Assembly: GCA_036149055.1 (NCBI GenBank)
Contig: JAYZQJ010000075.1
Span: 1-25,676, forward strand
Length of the DNA stretch: 25,676 nucleotides
Origin: Myxococcota bacterium
Lineage (GTDB): Bacteria > Myxococcota_A > Polyangia > Polyangiales > Sandaracinaceae
Reading direction: 5' to 3'
Each line of letters begins with the position of its first letter. Within the stretch, counting starts at the first letter, position 1. This document shows positions 1 to 8,473 of this stretch, one piece after another. The notes below the pieces were generated by a model. The model was not told the DNA's origin, did not search any database, and saw only the letters and a list, made by a program, of their open reading frames with translations. The position numbers and the translations under genes were made by a program.

Positions 1-133
1 TGGACGGCGGGGTCGGACACGCCGCCACCCGTTTCACCGCCCGTGCCGGACCCCGCTCATGTGATTCCGCGTACTTACGCGGCCGATCTGGCGGAGGTGG
101 CGGGCCCGGGGGTGGCGGCCGCCGGTCGCGCGC

Positions 134-1042
134 CTACTCCAGGTCGTCGAGGAGCGTCGCCGGAACCGCCATCGCGTGGTAGCCGTGGTCGACGTGCAGC
201 ACGGTCCCGGTGATCGCCTGGGCCAGCGGGCTGCAGAGGAACGCCGCCGCGTTCCCCACCTCCTCCGCCTCCAGCGGCCGGGGACGCGCCGCATTGACCT
301 CGTAGTGGGCGATCATCTTCTGGATGAGGCCGATCGCGCTCGCCGCGCGAGAGGCGTAGGGGCCGGCGCTGATCGCGTTGACCCGGTGGCCCCACTTGCG
401 CCCCGCCTCGTAGGCGAGCACGCGGGTGTCCGACTCGAGCGCGGCCTTGGCCGAGCTCATGCCGCCGCCGTAGCCGGGCACGACGCGCTGGGCCGCGAGG
501 TAGCTGAGGCTCAGGAAGCTGCCGCCCTCGCGCACCAGCGGGCCGAAGTGCTTCACGGTGGAGATGAACGAGTAGGCGCTCGCGCTCATCGCCGCGAGGT
601 AGCCGCCCCGGCTCGTCTCGAGCAGCGGGTTCTTCACCTCCGGGCCGTTCGCCAGGCTGTGCACGACGACGTCCACACAAGGCTCGCCGAACGCCTCCTT
701 CATGGCGGCCGCCGCGCCCGCGATCGTGAAGTCGCCGCGATCCTTGTAGCGGCGGCTCTCCTTCACCTCCGCGGGGACCGCGTCGAGGCTGTCGTACTCC
801 GCGTCGAGCGGCAGGATCTTCTCGAACGTCATCTTCTCGCCGCTCGAGAGCGTGAGAGACGCGTCCATCTTCCCGCGCCGGATGAGCGTCTCGAAGATGT
901 TCATCGCCGGCGGCCAGGTCCCGACGCACACGCTCGCGCCGGCCTCGGCCAGCGCCTTGGCGATCGCGAACCCGAACCCGCCGTCGTCGGCCACGCCGGC
1001 CACGAACGCGCGCTTACCCTGAAGATCGATTCCGAGAGACAT
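134..1042 (-). CDS. fabI: Enoyl-ACP reductase (NADH), chlamydial/plant-type FabI
   Basis: Motifs AFVAGVADDGGFGFAIAK, VGTWPP, VHSLANGPEV and PGYGGGMSSAKAALESDTRVLAYEAGRK (catalytic Y-x7-K spacing typical of the plant/Chlamydia clade). Confidence 0.93.
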   Translation of the reverse strand: MSLGIDLQGKRAFVAGVADDGGFGFAIAKALAEAGASVCVGTWPPAMNIFETLIRRGKMDASLTLSSGEKMTFEKILPLDAEYDSLDAVPAEVKESRRYKDRGDFTIAGAAAAMKEAFGEPCVDVVVHSLANGPEVKNPLLETSRGGYLAAMSASAYSFISTVKHFGPLVREGGSFLSLSYLAAQRVVPGYGGGMSSAKAALESDTRVLAYEAGRKWGHRVNAISAGPYASRAASAIGLIQKMIAHYEVNAARPRPLEAEEVGNAAAFLCSPLAQAITGTVLHVDHGYHAMAVPATLLDDLE

Positions 1043-1088
1043 GGGCGCGAAGGCTCATCCAGGCGCCGCTCCGGGTCAAGTCGGGGGC

Positions 1089-1116
1089 TGGACAAGCCTC
1101 CGGCAGGTGTTAGTTT
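1089..1116 (+). promoter_or_regulatory. Putative sigma70 promoter for the RRM protein gene
   Basis: TGGACA (1089-1094), 16-nt spacer ending in TGT (extended -10), TAGTTT (1111-1116). It lies ~150 nt upstream of the ATG at 1268. Confidence 0.4.
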
Positions 1117-1267
1117 CCCGCCACGGCTCCCCAGCCATCGACACGTCGCTGACCGTTCCGGCCCCGTGTTCATCGAGAGTGGGTCGCGAGACAGGACGTT
1201 CGAAAACCAAGAGTTCCCGTTGCCATCCGGGCAGCGGCAATCGAGAGAAAGTACGAGATAGATCGAC

Positions 1268-1576
1268 ATGAGCAACAAGCTTTTCGTGGGCGGCCTCAGC
1301 TGGGACACCGGCGACCAGTCCCTTCACCAGGCCTTCGAGGCCTTCGGCCCCGTCACCGAGGCCAAGGTCATCACCGACCGGGACACCGGCCGCTCGCGCG
1401 GGTTCGGCTTCGTGACGTTCCAGCAGAGCGCTGACGCGGCGACCGCCCGTCAGGAGATGGACGGCAGCGAGCTCGACGGCCGCACCATCCGTGTGGACGA
1501 GGCCAACGACCGCGGTCGCGGTGGCGGTGGCGGTGGCGGCGGTGGCCGTCGCGGCGGCGGCGGCGGACGCTGGTAA
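1268..1576 (+). CDS. RRM-domain RNA-binding protein with Gly/Arg-rich tail
   Basis: RNP2 KLFVGGL, RNP1 RGFGFVTF, C-terminal poly-Gly RGG tail. Confidence 0.95.
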   Translation: MSNKLFVGGLSWDTGDQSLHQAFEAFGPVTEAKVITDRDTGRSRGFGFVTFQQSADAATARQEMDGSELDGRTIRVDEANDRGRGGGGGGGGGRRGGGGGRW

Positions 1577-1598
1577 GCCTCCCCCACGCATTTGCTCG

Positions 1599-1636
1599 AG
1601 AGCCCCGGCGGTCACGTCGGGGCTCTTCGCGTTTCT
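1599..1636 (+). terminator. Intrinsic terminator after the RRM gene
   Basis: Stem AGAGCCCCGGCG / CGTCGGGGCTCT (one G-U pair), loop GTCA, followed by TCGCGTTTCT. Confidence 0.65.
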
Positions 1637-1687
1637 GGTACAACCCGGCTTGAAGACGCCCGCGCCTACCTACGTCCCAGAGTGCAC

Positions 1688-2302
1688 ATGGATCGCAAAG
1701 CCTGGCTGCTGCTCGCACCCGCCGTCGCCCTGATCGGCGTGGGCGCCTACGTCTGGTGGGCCGACGAGCCGCCCACCTCCACACCTCCCACGGAGGGCGC
1801 GTCGGCGGGGTTCGAGGAGCCCGAGGTCCTCGACAACCCGGGCGTGCCGCCCGTCCTCGGCGCGCCGGTGGACGCGGGCCCGACCGCCGCCGCCCGCCCG
1901 GTCGCGTCCGCGCAGGAGCCGGTCGGCGATCCGATCGCGCCGCCCGGAGAGGCGCCGGACGAGCCGCGCAGCCCAGCGGTGCCCGACGTGGGCACGCACG
2001 GCTTCCAGGTCGGCGTGGCGCGACGTCGGGTGGAGCTCCTCGAGTCCCGGATCGCGCGCATGCGGGAGCGCGTCGAGGCCCTGGAAGAAGAGAACCCGGC
2101 GCTCGCGGCCCGGCAGCGCGCGGTGCTCGAGCGGATCGAGGGCCGGCTGGGAGAGGTGCGTGAAGAGCAGAGCCGGCTGACCGAGGCGGCCCGCGCCGAC
2201 GGAACCCTCGGGGACGAGCAGCAGGGATACGACGCCGAGGACACGCGGGGCCCGGGCGACGAGGGGCCGGCGCAGGCGCGCTTGCCCTCCGGGTCGCCCT
2301 GA
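1688..2302 (+). CDS. Hypothetical membrane-anchored protein (N-terminal TM helix, Pro/Ala linker, coiled coil)
   Basis: ATG at 1688 lies after the terminator. MDRKAWLLLAPAVALIGVGAYVWW is a hydrophobic anchor, the C-terminal half is helical and E/R-rich, and third codon positions are GC-rich. Confidence 0.7.
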   Translation: MDRKAWLLLAPAVALIGVGAYVWWADEPPTSTPPTEGASAGFEEPEVLDNPGVPPVLGAPVDAGPTAAARPVASAQEPVGDPIAPPGEAPDEPRSPAVPDVGTHGFQVGVARRRVELLESRIARMRERVEALEEENPALAARQRAVLERIEGRLGEVREEQSRLTEAARADGTLGDEQQGYDAEDTRGPGDEGPAQARLPSGSP

Positions 2303-2319
2303 GGAGTACCATCCGCCGC

Positions 2320-4803
2320 GTGTCGACCGAGCGCGACGATCCCACCGATCCGGACGGGCCTCATGGCGAGCCGATCATCCCCGGCACCTTCCTCCCGCAC
2401 GATCCCATCCGCAGCCGCTATCGAGACCTCGGGCCGATCGGCCACGGCGGCATGGGCGAGGTGCGGCGTGTCCTCGACCAGCACCTCGACCGCGTCCTGG
2501 CGATGAAGATCCTGAGCGCGACCCTGCTCCACGACGAGAGCTCGGTGCGTCGCTTCCAGAACGAGGCGCGCATCACCGCCGGCCTCCAGCACCCCGCGAT
2601 CGTGGCCGTGCACGACCACGGCGACCTGATGGACGGACGCCTCTGGATGACCATGCGGGAGGTCCGCGGGCGCACGCTCAGCGACGTCATCCACGAGCTC
2701 CACAACAGCGTGCGCGGCGAGGCCTGGCCCGAGGCGGACGGCGGCCCGACGCTCTTCCGCGTGGTCGACACCTTCCGTCGCCTCTGCGACGGCGTCGCCT
2801 ACGCCCACAGCCGCGGCGTGGTGCACCGCGACCTCAAGCCCGCCAACCTGATGGTCGGCGAGTTCGGCGAGGTCCAGGTGATGGACTGGGGCCTGGCCAA
2901 GCGCTTCGACGAGCGCTCGGACGAGGGGGAGAGCGAAGGCGAGAGCCTGCCACCGCTCGATCCCACGATGACTCAGGCGGGCGACGTGATCGGCACGCCC
3001 GCCTACATGTCGCCGGAGCAGGCGCGCGGGGATCTCGACCTGGTCGGCCCGGCGAGCGACGTCTGGTCGCTCGGCGCGGTCCTCCGCAAGATCCTCACGA
3101 ACAAGCCGCCGGTCGAGGGCCCGAGCCCGGCGGTGATCGCGCAGATCATCCTCGGACAGGTGAAGTCGATCGCGGAGACGAAGGAGCCCTGGACGCCGGA
3201 GCTGCCGCCCGACCTCGTCGCGATCGCCGAGCGGGCCATGGCGACGAAGATCGAAGACCGATACGCGGACGCCGGCGCGCTCGGTGACGACCTCGGCGCC
3301 TGGCTCGAGGGCGCCCGCCGGCACAAGACCGCGCTGGCCATCGTCGACGCCGCGGGGCAGCGAGAGCCCGAGATCGTGCGCCTTCGTGAAGCCGCCGTCA
3401 CGCTCCGAAACCAGGCCACGGCCTCCCTCCGCGCGCTGCCGGCGACCGCCCCCGCCGAGGCGAAGTACGAGGGTTGGGATCTCGAGGACCGCGCCGCCGA
3501 GAAGGAGCGGGAGGCGTCGCTGCTCGAGGTCGAGTGGCTCCAGCAGCTCCGCGGCGCCCTCGAGGTGGTGCCGGAGCTGCCCGAGGCTCATCGCCGCCTC
3601 GCCGATCACTACAAGGAGAGGCTGCTCGACGCCGAGGCGCGCCGCGACGCCGACGACGCCGCGCGCGCCGAGGCGCTGCTCCGGTCTCACGATCGAGGAT
3701 GGCACACCAAGTTCCTGGCCGGGAACGGCGCGGTGACGCTGATCACCGATCCGCCCGGCGCGAAGGTCACCGCCTACCGCTACGTCGAGGAGCGCCGGCG
3801 CCTCGTCCCGAAGAAGCACGCCGAGCTCGGCCTCACTCCGATCCGAGAGGCTCCCCTCCCCCACGGGAGCTACCTCCTCGTCGCCGAGCTCGAGGGGCGC
3901 CCGCCGGTACGCTACCCGGTGCTCATCGAGCGCGCCGAGCACTGGGATGGGGTCCCGCCCGGCGAGAGCGAGCCCGAGCCCATTCGCATCCTCACCGCCG
4001 ACGAGATCGGCGATGACTTCGTCTACGTTCCGGCAGGCTGGTTCCTCAGCGGCGGCGACCCACAGGGCGCCGACAGCCTGCCGAGGCGCCGTATCTGGGC
4101 GGGGGCGGCGCTGGCCCAGCGGCACCCGGTCACCAACGGCGAGTACCTCCGGTTCCTGACGGCGCTCGCCCGGGAGGACGAGGACGTCGCGCTGGTCCCC
4201 CGCAAGACGAGCGAGCAGCAGCTCCTCGACCGCGAGCAGTGGGAGGTCATCTGGCGCCGCCAGGGCCCCGGCTTCGCGCCCCCCGACGAGGAGAGCTGGT
4301 CCAGGGACCGGCCGGTCGCCTCGATCGACTGGTACGCGGCCGTCCGCTACTGCGACTGGCGGAGCCGGCGGGAGGGCGCCGTCTACCGGCTGCCGAACGA
4401 GCTCCTCTGGGAGAAGCTGGCCCGCGGGGTCGACGGTCGCATCTGCGCCTGGGGGCAGCTCATCGAGCCCTCCTGGGCGGCCATCCTCGGCTCGTCCAAG
4501 AAGATCCTCGTCCGGGCTCCGATCAGCAGTTTCCCCGAGGACGAGAGCGTCTACGGCGTCCGACACACGGTCGGCAACGTGCGCGAGTGGTGCGCGAACG
4601 TCTGGCGGCGGGACGGACCGCCGGTCGAGGACGGCCGCCTGGTCTTCGACGACGACGCGAGCGCCGAGGGGCTACGCGCGGCTCGCGGGGGCGCGGCGCA
4701 CTCGATGCCGGAGCTGGCGCGGGCCGCGGCGCGCTTCGCCGCGGACCCGCGCCGCACTCACCCGACCCTGGGGTTCCGGCTGGTGCGATCGCTCGAGCCC
4801 TGA
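2320..4803 (+). CDS. Hanks-type Ser/Thr protein kinase fused to a PEGA-like segment and an FGE-sulfatase (C-type lectin fold) domain
   Basis: Kinase motifs IGHGGMGEV, LAMK, HRDLKPAN, DWGLAK, GTPAYMSPEQ, SDVWSLG. PEGA-like LITDPPGAKV. FGE motifs PVTNGEY, RLPNELLWEKLARG, GNVREW, RGG, LGFRLVR. Confidence 0.92.
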   Translation: MSTERDDPTDPDGPHGEPIIPGTFLPHDPIRSRYRDLGPIGHGGMGEVRRVLDQHLDRVLAMKILSATLLHDESSVRRFQNEARITAGLQHPAIVAVHDHGDLMDGRLWMTMREVRGRTLSDVIHELHNSVRGEAWPEADGGPTLFRVVDTFRRLCDGVAYAHSRGVVHRDLKPANLMVGEFGEVQVMDWGLAKRFDERSDEGESEGESLPPLDPTMTQAGDVIGTPAYMSPEQARGDLDLVGPASDVWSLGAVLRKILTNKPPVEGPSPAVIAQIILGQVKSIAETKEPWTPELPPDLVAIAERAMATKIEDRYADAGALGDDLGAWLEGARRHKTALAIVDAAGQREPEIVRLREAAVTLRNQATASLRALPATAPAEAKYEGWDLEDRAAEKEREASLLEVEWLQQLRGALEVVPELPEAHRRLADHYKERLLDAEARRDADDAARAEALLRSHDRGWHTKFLAGNGAVTLITDPPGAKVTAYRYVEERRRLVPKKHAELGLTPIREAPLPHGSYLLVAELEGRPPVRYPVLIERAEHWDGVPPGESEPEPIRILTADEIGDDFVYVPAGWFLSGGDPQGADSLPRRRIWAGAALAQRHPVTNGEYLRFLTALAREDEDVALVPRKTSEQQLLDREQWEVIWRRQGPGFAPPDEESWSRDRPVASIDWYAAVRYCDWRSRREGAVYRLPNELLWEKLARGVDGRICAWGQLIEPSWAAILGSSKKILVRAPISSFPEDESVYGVRHTVGNVREWCANVWRRDGPPVEDGRLVFDDDASAEGLRAARGGAAHSMPELARAAARFAADPRRTHPTLGFRLVRSLEP

Positions 4804-4804
4804 G

Positions 4805-5410
4805 TCACGACGGATCGCGGCCGTACCAGTACCAGTCTTCGTTCGGGAAGCCGGGCTTGCCGTCGTCGGTCTCGGTGAAGAAGACCTCGATGCCCACCTC
4901 GGCCGGGTTGTTCCCGAGGATGCTCGTGAGGCTGCTGTCGCTCGTGTAGAAGGTCGGCAGCACCGGCACGCCGTTGACGAGCGGCAGGACGAGCGAGACC
5001 TTGTTGTAGAGCGACCCGTAGCTCCCGCTGCCGTTCTCCACGTCGGTCATCGTGAAGACCTTCGGAGAGCTCGGAAGCGGCGCACCCTGCTCCCACGACG
5101 GGATCACGTTCAGGACGCCGAAGTCGGTCTCGTTCTCACGGACCTCGCCGACGGCGGCGATCAGCTCTTCGTCCGTCCCCTGCGCCATCATGAGCAGCTT
5201 CAGCGTGAACTGTGGCGTCTGGTTCGAGGCGGAGGTCGGGGTGGCGTAGTACCAGGTCTCCGTGCCCTTCTCGTAGCCCCACTCCCCGATGGCCCCGGCG
5301 CCGCCGCCCCGCAGGACGATGTGCCCCTGCACGGTCTTGTCCGACAGCCTCAGGGTCCAGGAGTAGAGCGCGCCCATGGACCAGTCGACCGGAACTTCGA
5401 AAACGTTCAT
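4805..5410 (-). CDS. Hypothetical protein (201 aa)
   Basis: GGAGG Shine-Dalgarno 5 nt before the ATG at 5410 and protein-like composition (MNVFEVPVDW...). No recognised family. Confidence 0.75.
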   Translation of the reverse strand: MNVFEVPVDWSMGALYSWTLRLSDKTVQGHIVLRGGGAGAIGEWGYEKGTETWYYATPTSASNQTPQFTLKLLMMAQGTDEELIAAVGEVRENETDFGVLNVIPSWEQGAPLPSSPKVFTMTDVENGSGSYGSLYNKVSLVLPLVNGVPVLPTFYTSDSSLTSILGNNPAEVGIEVFFTETDDGKPGFPNEDWYWYGRDPS

Positions 5411-5469
5411 CTGTTCCTCCCTTCGGGCCGGGAGGGTCGCACGGGAGAACCCCCATTTGCACGCGCGCG

Positions 5470-5504
5470 TCACCTCTTCGGCGGCGCGACGCTGTCGTTC
5501 TTGG
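5470..5504. repeat. 35-bp direct repeat, copy 1 (duplicate of the cysE 3' end)
   Basis: tcacCtcttcggcggcgcgacgctgtcgttcttgg, 34/35 identical to 6122..6156. Confidence 0.95.
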
Positions 5505-5720
5505 CTCGCCACTGGTACCGATACCGGCTCGTCGCGGTCACCGGATCGAAGTACGCCGTCGTTCCCTCGTCGACGGGAACGGACTGCGAGCTTCCCCCGA
5601 AGATGCTGTAGAGCGAGTGGCTCGACGAGAACCACGTGGGCACCTCGCCGTCGGGGTCGACGAACTGGAAGGCGACCTGCTCGTAGAGGCTCGTGTACGA
5701 ACCGGGCCCGCTCTCACGCG
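5470..5720 (-). pseudogene. Truncated paralog of the C-terminus of 4805..5410, fused to a copy of the cysE C-terminal codons
   Basis: ESGPGSYTSLYEQV...G..PTWFSSSHSLYSIFG aligns with ENGSGSYGSLYNKV...G..PTFYTSDSSLTSILG. It ends KNDSVAPPKR versus KNDSVAPPKK in cysE. No credible start outside the upstream gene. Confidence 0.6.
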
Positions 5721-6125
5721 TCAAGCACGGAACCGGTCTCCCGACCATGTCTCGTGCAAGTGAACCCACTCCACACCGCACGGGGCGCGTTCCGAGCGGC
5801 GAAAGAGCGCGGTGCTGAGGCGCGCGGTCCGATCGTCGCCTTCCGACTGGTGCTCTTCGTAGGTCACCAGGCAGGCGCCCTCGCCCTCCCAGCGGACCGC
5901 GAAGCGCTCGACCGAGATCCGGAAAGACGCGCTGCGCCCGCCTCGGGCCGACGCGATGGCCGCGAGGGTCGAGGCGCGGTCATCTCGGGTGCCGCGCGGG
6001 CCGACCAGCTGGAAGTCGGGCGCGAGCGCGCGCTCGGCACGCTCGAGGGCGCCGCCCTCGCCCCGGAACCAGCGCTCGAAGAACGCGTGGAGGCCGCGGA
6101 CCTCGCGCTCGACGTCGTCGATCAC
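5721..6125 (-). CDS. NTF2-like / DUF4440-type protein
   Basis: LHAFFERWFRG...LAPDFQLVGPRG...YEEHQ...RLSTALF...WVHLHETW pattern. The GTG start overlaps the cysE stop (GTGA). Confidence 0.75.
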   Translation of the reverse strand: MIDDVEREVRGLHAFFERWFRGEGGALERAERALAPDFQLVGPRGTRDDRASTLAAIASARGGRSASFRISVERFAVRWEGEGACLVTYEEHQSEGDDRTARLSTALFRRSERAPCGVEWVHLHETWSGDRFRA

Positions 6126-6156
6126 TTCTTCGGCGGCGCGACGCTGTCGTTCTTGG
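6122..6156. repeat. 35-bp direct repeat, copy 2 (cysE 3' end including the stop)
   Basis: tcacTtcttcggcggcgcgacgctgtcgttcttgg. Confidence 0.95.
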
Positions 6157-7030
6157 GGCGGCCGAAGATCTTCGAGCCCGGGGGCACGCTCTTGGTCAGC
6201 CAGACGTTGCCGCCGACCACCGAGCCCTCGCCGATCACCGTGTCGCCGCCGAGGATGGTGGCGCCGCTGTAGATGGTGACGCGGTCCTCGAGCGTGGGGT
6301 GGCGCTTCTTCACCTCGCCCTCGCGGTGCGGGACGCTGAGCGCGCCGAGGGTCACGCCCTGGTAGAGCTTCACGTGGTCGCCGATCACGCTCGTCTCGCC
6401 GACGACCACGCCGGTGCCGTGATCGACGAAGAAGCTCTCGCCGATGCGCGCGCTCGGGTGGATGTCGATCCCGGTCTTGCTGTGCGCGTGCTCGGTGATG
6501 ATGCGCGGGATCATCGGCACGCCCGCCTGGCAGAGCTCGTGCGCGACCCGGTAGGCGGTGACCGCGGTGATCGAGGGGTAGCTGAAGACGATCTCCTCGA
6601 TGTTGTGCGCGGCCGGGTCTCCGTCGTAGGCGGAGACCACGTCGAGGTTCAGCTTGCGGCGGAGCTCCGGGATGGCCTGGAAGAGCTTCAGCACCACCTC
6701 CTCGCCGCTCCCCGCCGGGAGGATGCGATCGGTGCGCCCCATCCAGTGGTCGTAGGTCAGCGCGCGCTCGATCTGCTCGACGAGGATCGAGTGGGCCCGG
6801 TACATGTGCTCGGCGACGCCGTGGCGCAGGTTCGTCTCGTTCAGCGCGCGGGTGGCGTAGAAGCCCATGAACAGCACGTGCTCGAGGCAGTGGAACGCCT
6901 CGATGACCGCGCGCTTGTTCGGGAGCGCCGCGCTCTCGAGGTTGTCGATCTCGCGGCCGTGGCCGTAGCTCTCGACGACGCCGTCGATGGCGGCCTCGAG
7001 ATCCTCGTAGCGCTTGGGCTCTCTTCGCAT
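6122..7030 (-). CDS. cysE: Serine O-acetyltransferase (long EpsC/CysE type)
   Basis: YDGDPAA, HSKTGIDIHPSARIG, FFVDHGTGVVVGET, LYQGVTLGA, KRHPT, hexapeptide repeats. Start placed at ATG 7030 because the longer ORF overlaps cysM. Confidence 0.92.
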   Translation of the reverse strand: MRREPKRYEDLEAAIDGVVESYGHGREIDNLESAALPNKRAVIEAFHCLEHVLFMGFYATRALNETNLRHGVAEHMYRAHSILVEQIERALTYDHWMGRTDRILPAGSGEEVVLKLFQAIPELRRKLNLDVVSAYDGDPAAHNIEEIVFSYPSITAVTAYRVAHELCQAGVPMIPRIITEHAHSKTGIDIHPSARIGESFFVDHGTGVVVGETSVIGDHVKLYQGVTLGALSVPHREGEVKKRHPTLEDRVTIYSGATILGGDTVIGEGSVVGGNVWLTKSVPPGSKIFGRPKNDSVAPPKK

Positions 7031-7115
7031 GGGTGTGGCGCCGGCGGGCCGCGCCGGCCGGGCCAGGCTAAGGTAGCGGGCCTTCCCCGCGCGAGAAACT
7101 GATTCGGACGAAGAC

Positions 7116-8003
7116 ATGCAGCTGACCGATCTGATCGGAGACACCCCGCTCCTAGAGCTGAACACGGGGACCGAAAAGCCCCTCGTCCGCCTTTTCGGCA
7201 AAGTCGAGGGCAACAACCCCGGGGGCTCCGTGAAGGACCGCCCGGCCCGATCGATGATCGAGCGCGCCGAGGAGCGCGGAGATCTACGTCCGGGCGTCCG
7301 CCTCGTCGAGCCGACGAGCGGCAACACCGGGATCGCGCTCGCCATGATCGCCGCCGCCAAGGGCTACGAGATCGAGCTCGTCATGCCCGAGACCGCGACC
7401 GCCGAGCGCGTCCGCAGCATGCGGGCCTACGGCGCCATCGTGACGCTGACCCCCGGCGACGCCGGCATGGAGGGCGCCATCGACTACGCGCGCGAGAAGG
7501 TGGCCGGCGGCGGCTACCTGATGCTCGACCAGTTCAGCAACCCCGACAACTGGCGCGCCCACTACGAGAGCACCGGCCCCGAGATCTGGGCCGAGACCGA
7601 GCACTCGATCACCCACTTCGTCAGCGCGATGGGCACCACCGGCACCATCATGGGCGTCTCCCGCTACCTCAAGGAGCAGAACCCGCGCGTCCAGATCGTC
7701 GGCTGCCAGCCCACCGATGGCTCGTCCATCCCGGGCATCCGCCGCTGGCCGAAGGAGTACCTCCCGAAGATCTTCGAGCCCGATCGGGTCGACCGGATCG
7801 TCGACGTCGACCAGGAGGTCGCCGAGCGCATGGCCCGGAGCCTCGCCGCCGAGGAGGGCGTCTTCGTCGGCGTCAGCGCGGCCGGCGCGGTCTGGGCGGC
7901 GCGGCGCATCTGCGAGGAGATCGACGAGGGCGTGGTGGTCTGCGTGCTCTGCGACCGGGGCGACCGATACCTCTCGTCGCCGCTCTTCGGGGGCGAGTCG
8001 TGA
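7116..8003 (+). CDS. cysM: Cysteine synthase B (O-acetylserine sulfhydrylase)
   Basis: KVEGNNPGGSVKDR (PLP-binding Lys), EPTSGNTGIALA, SAMGTTGT, IPGIRRWPKEYLPKIF, CDRGDRYLS; CysM-type signatures. Confidence 0.93.
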   Translation: MQLTDLIGDTPLLELNTGTEKPLVRLFGKVEGNNPGGSVKDRPARSMIERAEERGDLRPGVRLVEPTSGNTGIALAMIAAAKGYEIELVMPETATAERVRSMRAYGAIVTLTPGDAGMEGAIDYAREKVAGGGYLMLDQFSNPDNWRAHYESTGPEIWAETEHSITHFVSAMGTTGTIMGVSRYLKEQNPRVQIVGCQPTDGSSIPGIRRWPKEYLPKIFEPDRVDRIVDVDQEVAERMARSLAAEEGVFVGVSAAGAVWAARRICEEIDEGVVVCVLCDRGDRYLSSPLFGGES

Positions 8004-8422
8004 AGGTCACCCTGAGCCGGGTCGGCCCGGCCGCGTTCGACGCCGAGGCGGAGTCCGGCGGCACGCTCACCCTCGACGGCGCGCCGTCGATCGGCGGCGA
8101 GGGCCGCGGCATGCGGCCGATGGAGCTGCTGCTCACCGCGCTGGCGGGCTGCGCGTCGATGGACGTGGTCCACATCCTCCGCAAGCAGAAGGAGCCGCTC
8201 GAGGACCTCCGGATCGAGGCGGAGGGCGAGCGAGAGGACGCCACGCCCGCCCCCTTCACCCGGATCCACCTGCGCTTCGTCGCCACCGGAGACGTGCACC
8301 GCGGCAAGCTGGAGCGGGCGGTGAAGCTCGCGGTCGAGAAGTACTGCAGCGTGGGCGAGAGCCTCGACCCGGCCATCGAGGTGACCCACGAGGCCGTGCT
8401 GGAGCCGATCGAGGGTCAGTGA
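8000..8422 (+). CDS. OsmC/YhfA family protein
   Basis: GMRPMELLLTALAGCASMDV and EKYCSV two-Cys motifs. GTGA overlap with the cysM stop. Confidence 0.9.
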   Translation: MKVTLSRVGPAAFDAEAESGGTLTLDGAPSIGGEGRGMRPMELLLTALAGCASMDVVHILRKQKEPLEDLRIEAEGEREDATPAPFTRIHLRFVATGDVHRGKLERAVKLAVEKYCSVGESLDPAIEVTHEAVLEPIEGQ

Positions 8423-8473
8423 AACGCTGACACCTCAAGAGGTCGCCAGGGTGGCCGTTCGTCCCCTCGTCCG

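Noticed and set aside
4000..4803. FGE/C-type lectin domain as a diversity-generating retroelement target
   Set aside because: No template repeat with adenine-specific differences and no reverse transcriptase in the window.
7031..7360. Extended N-terminus of cysE (412-aa ORF)
   Set aside because: It overlaps cysM on the opposite strand; ATG 7030 gives a typical length.
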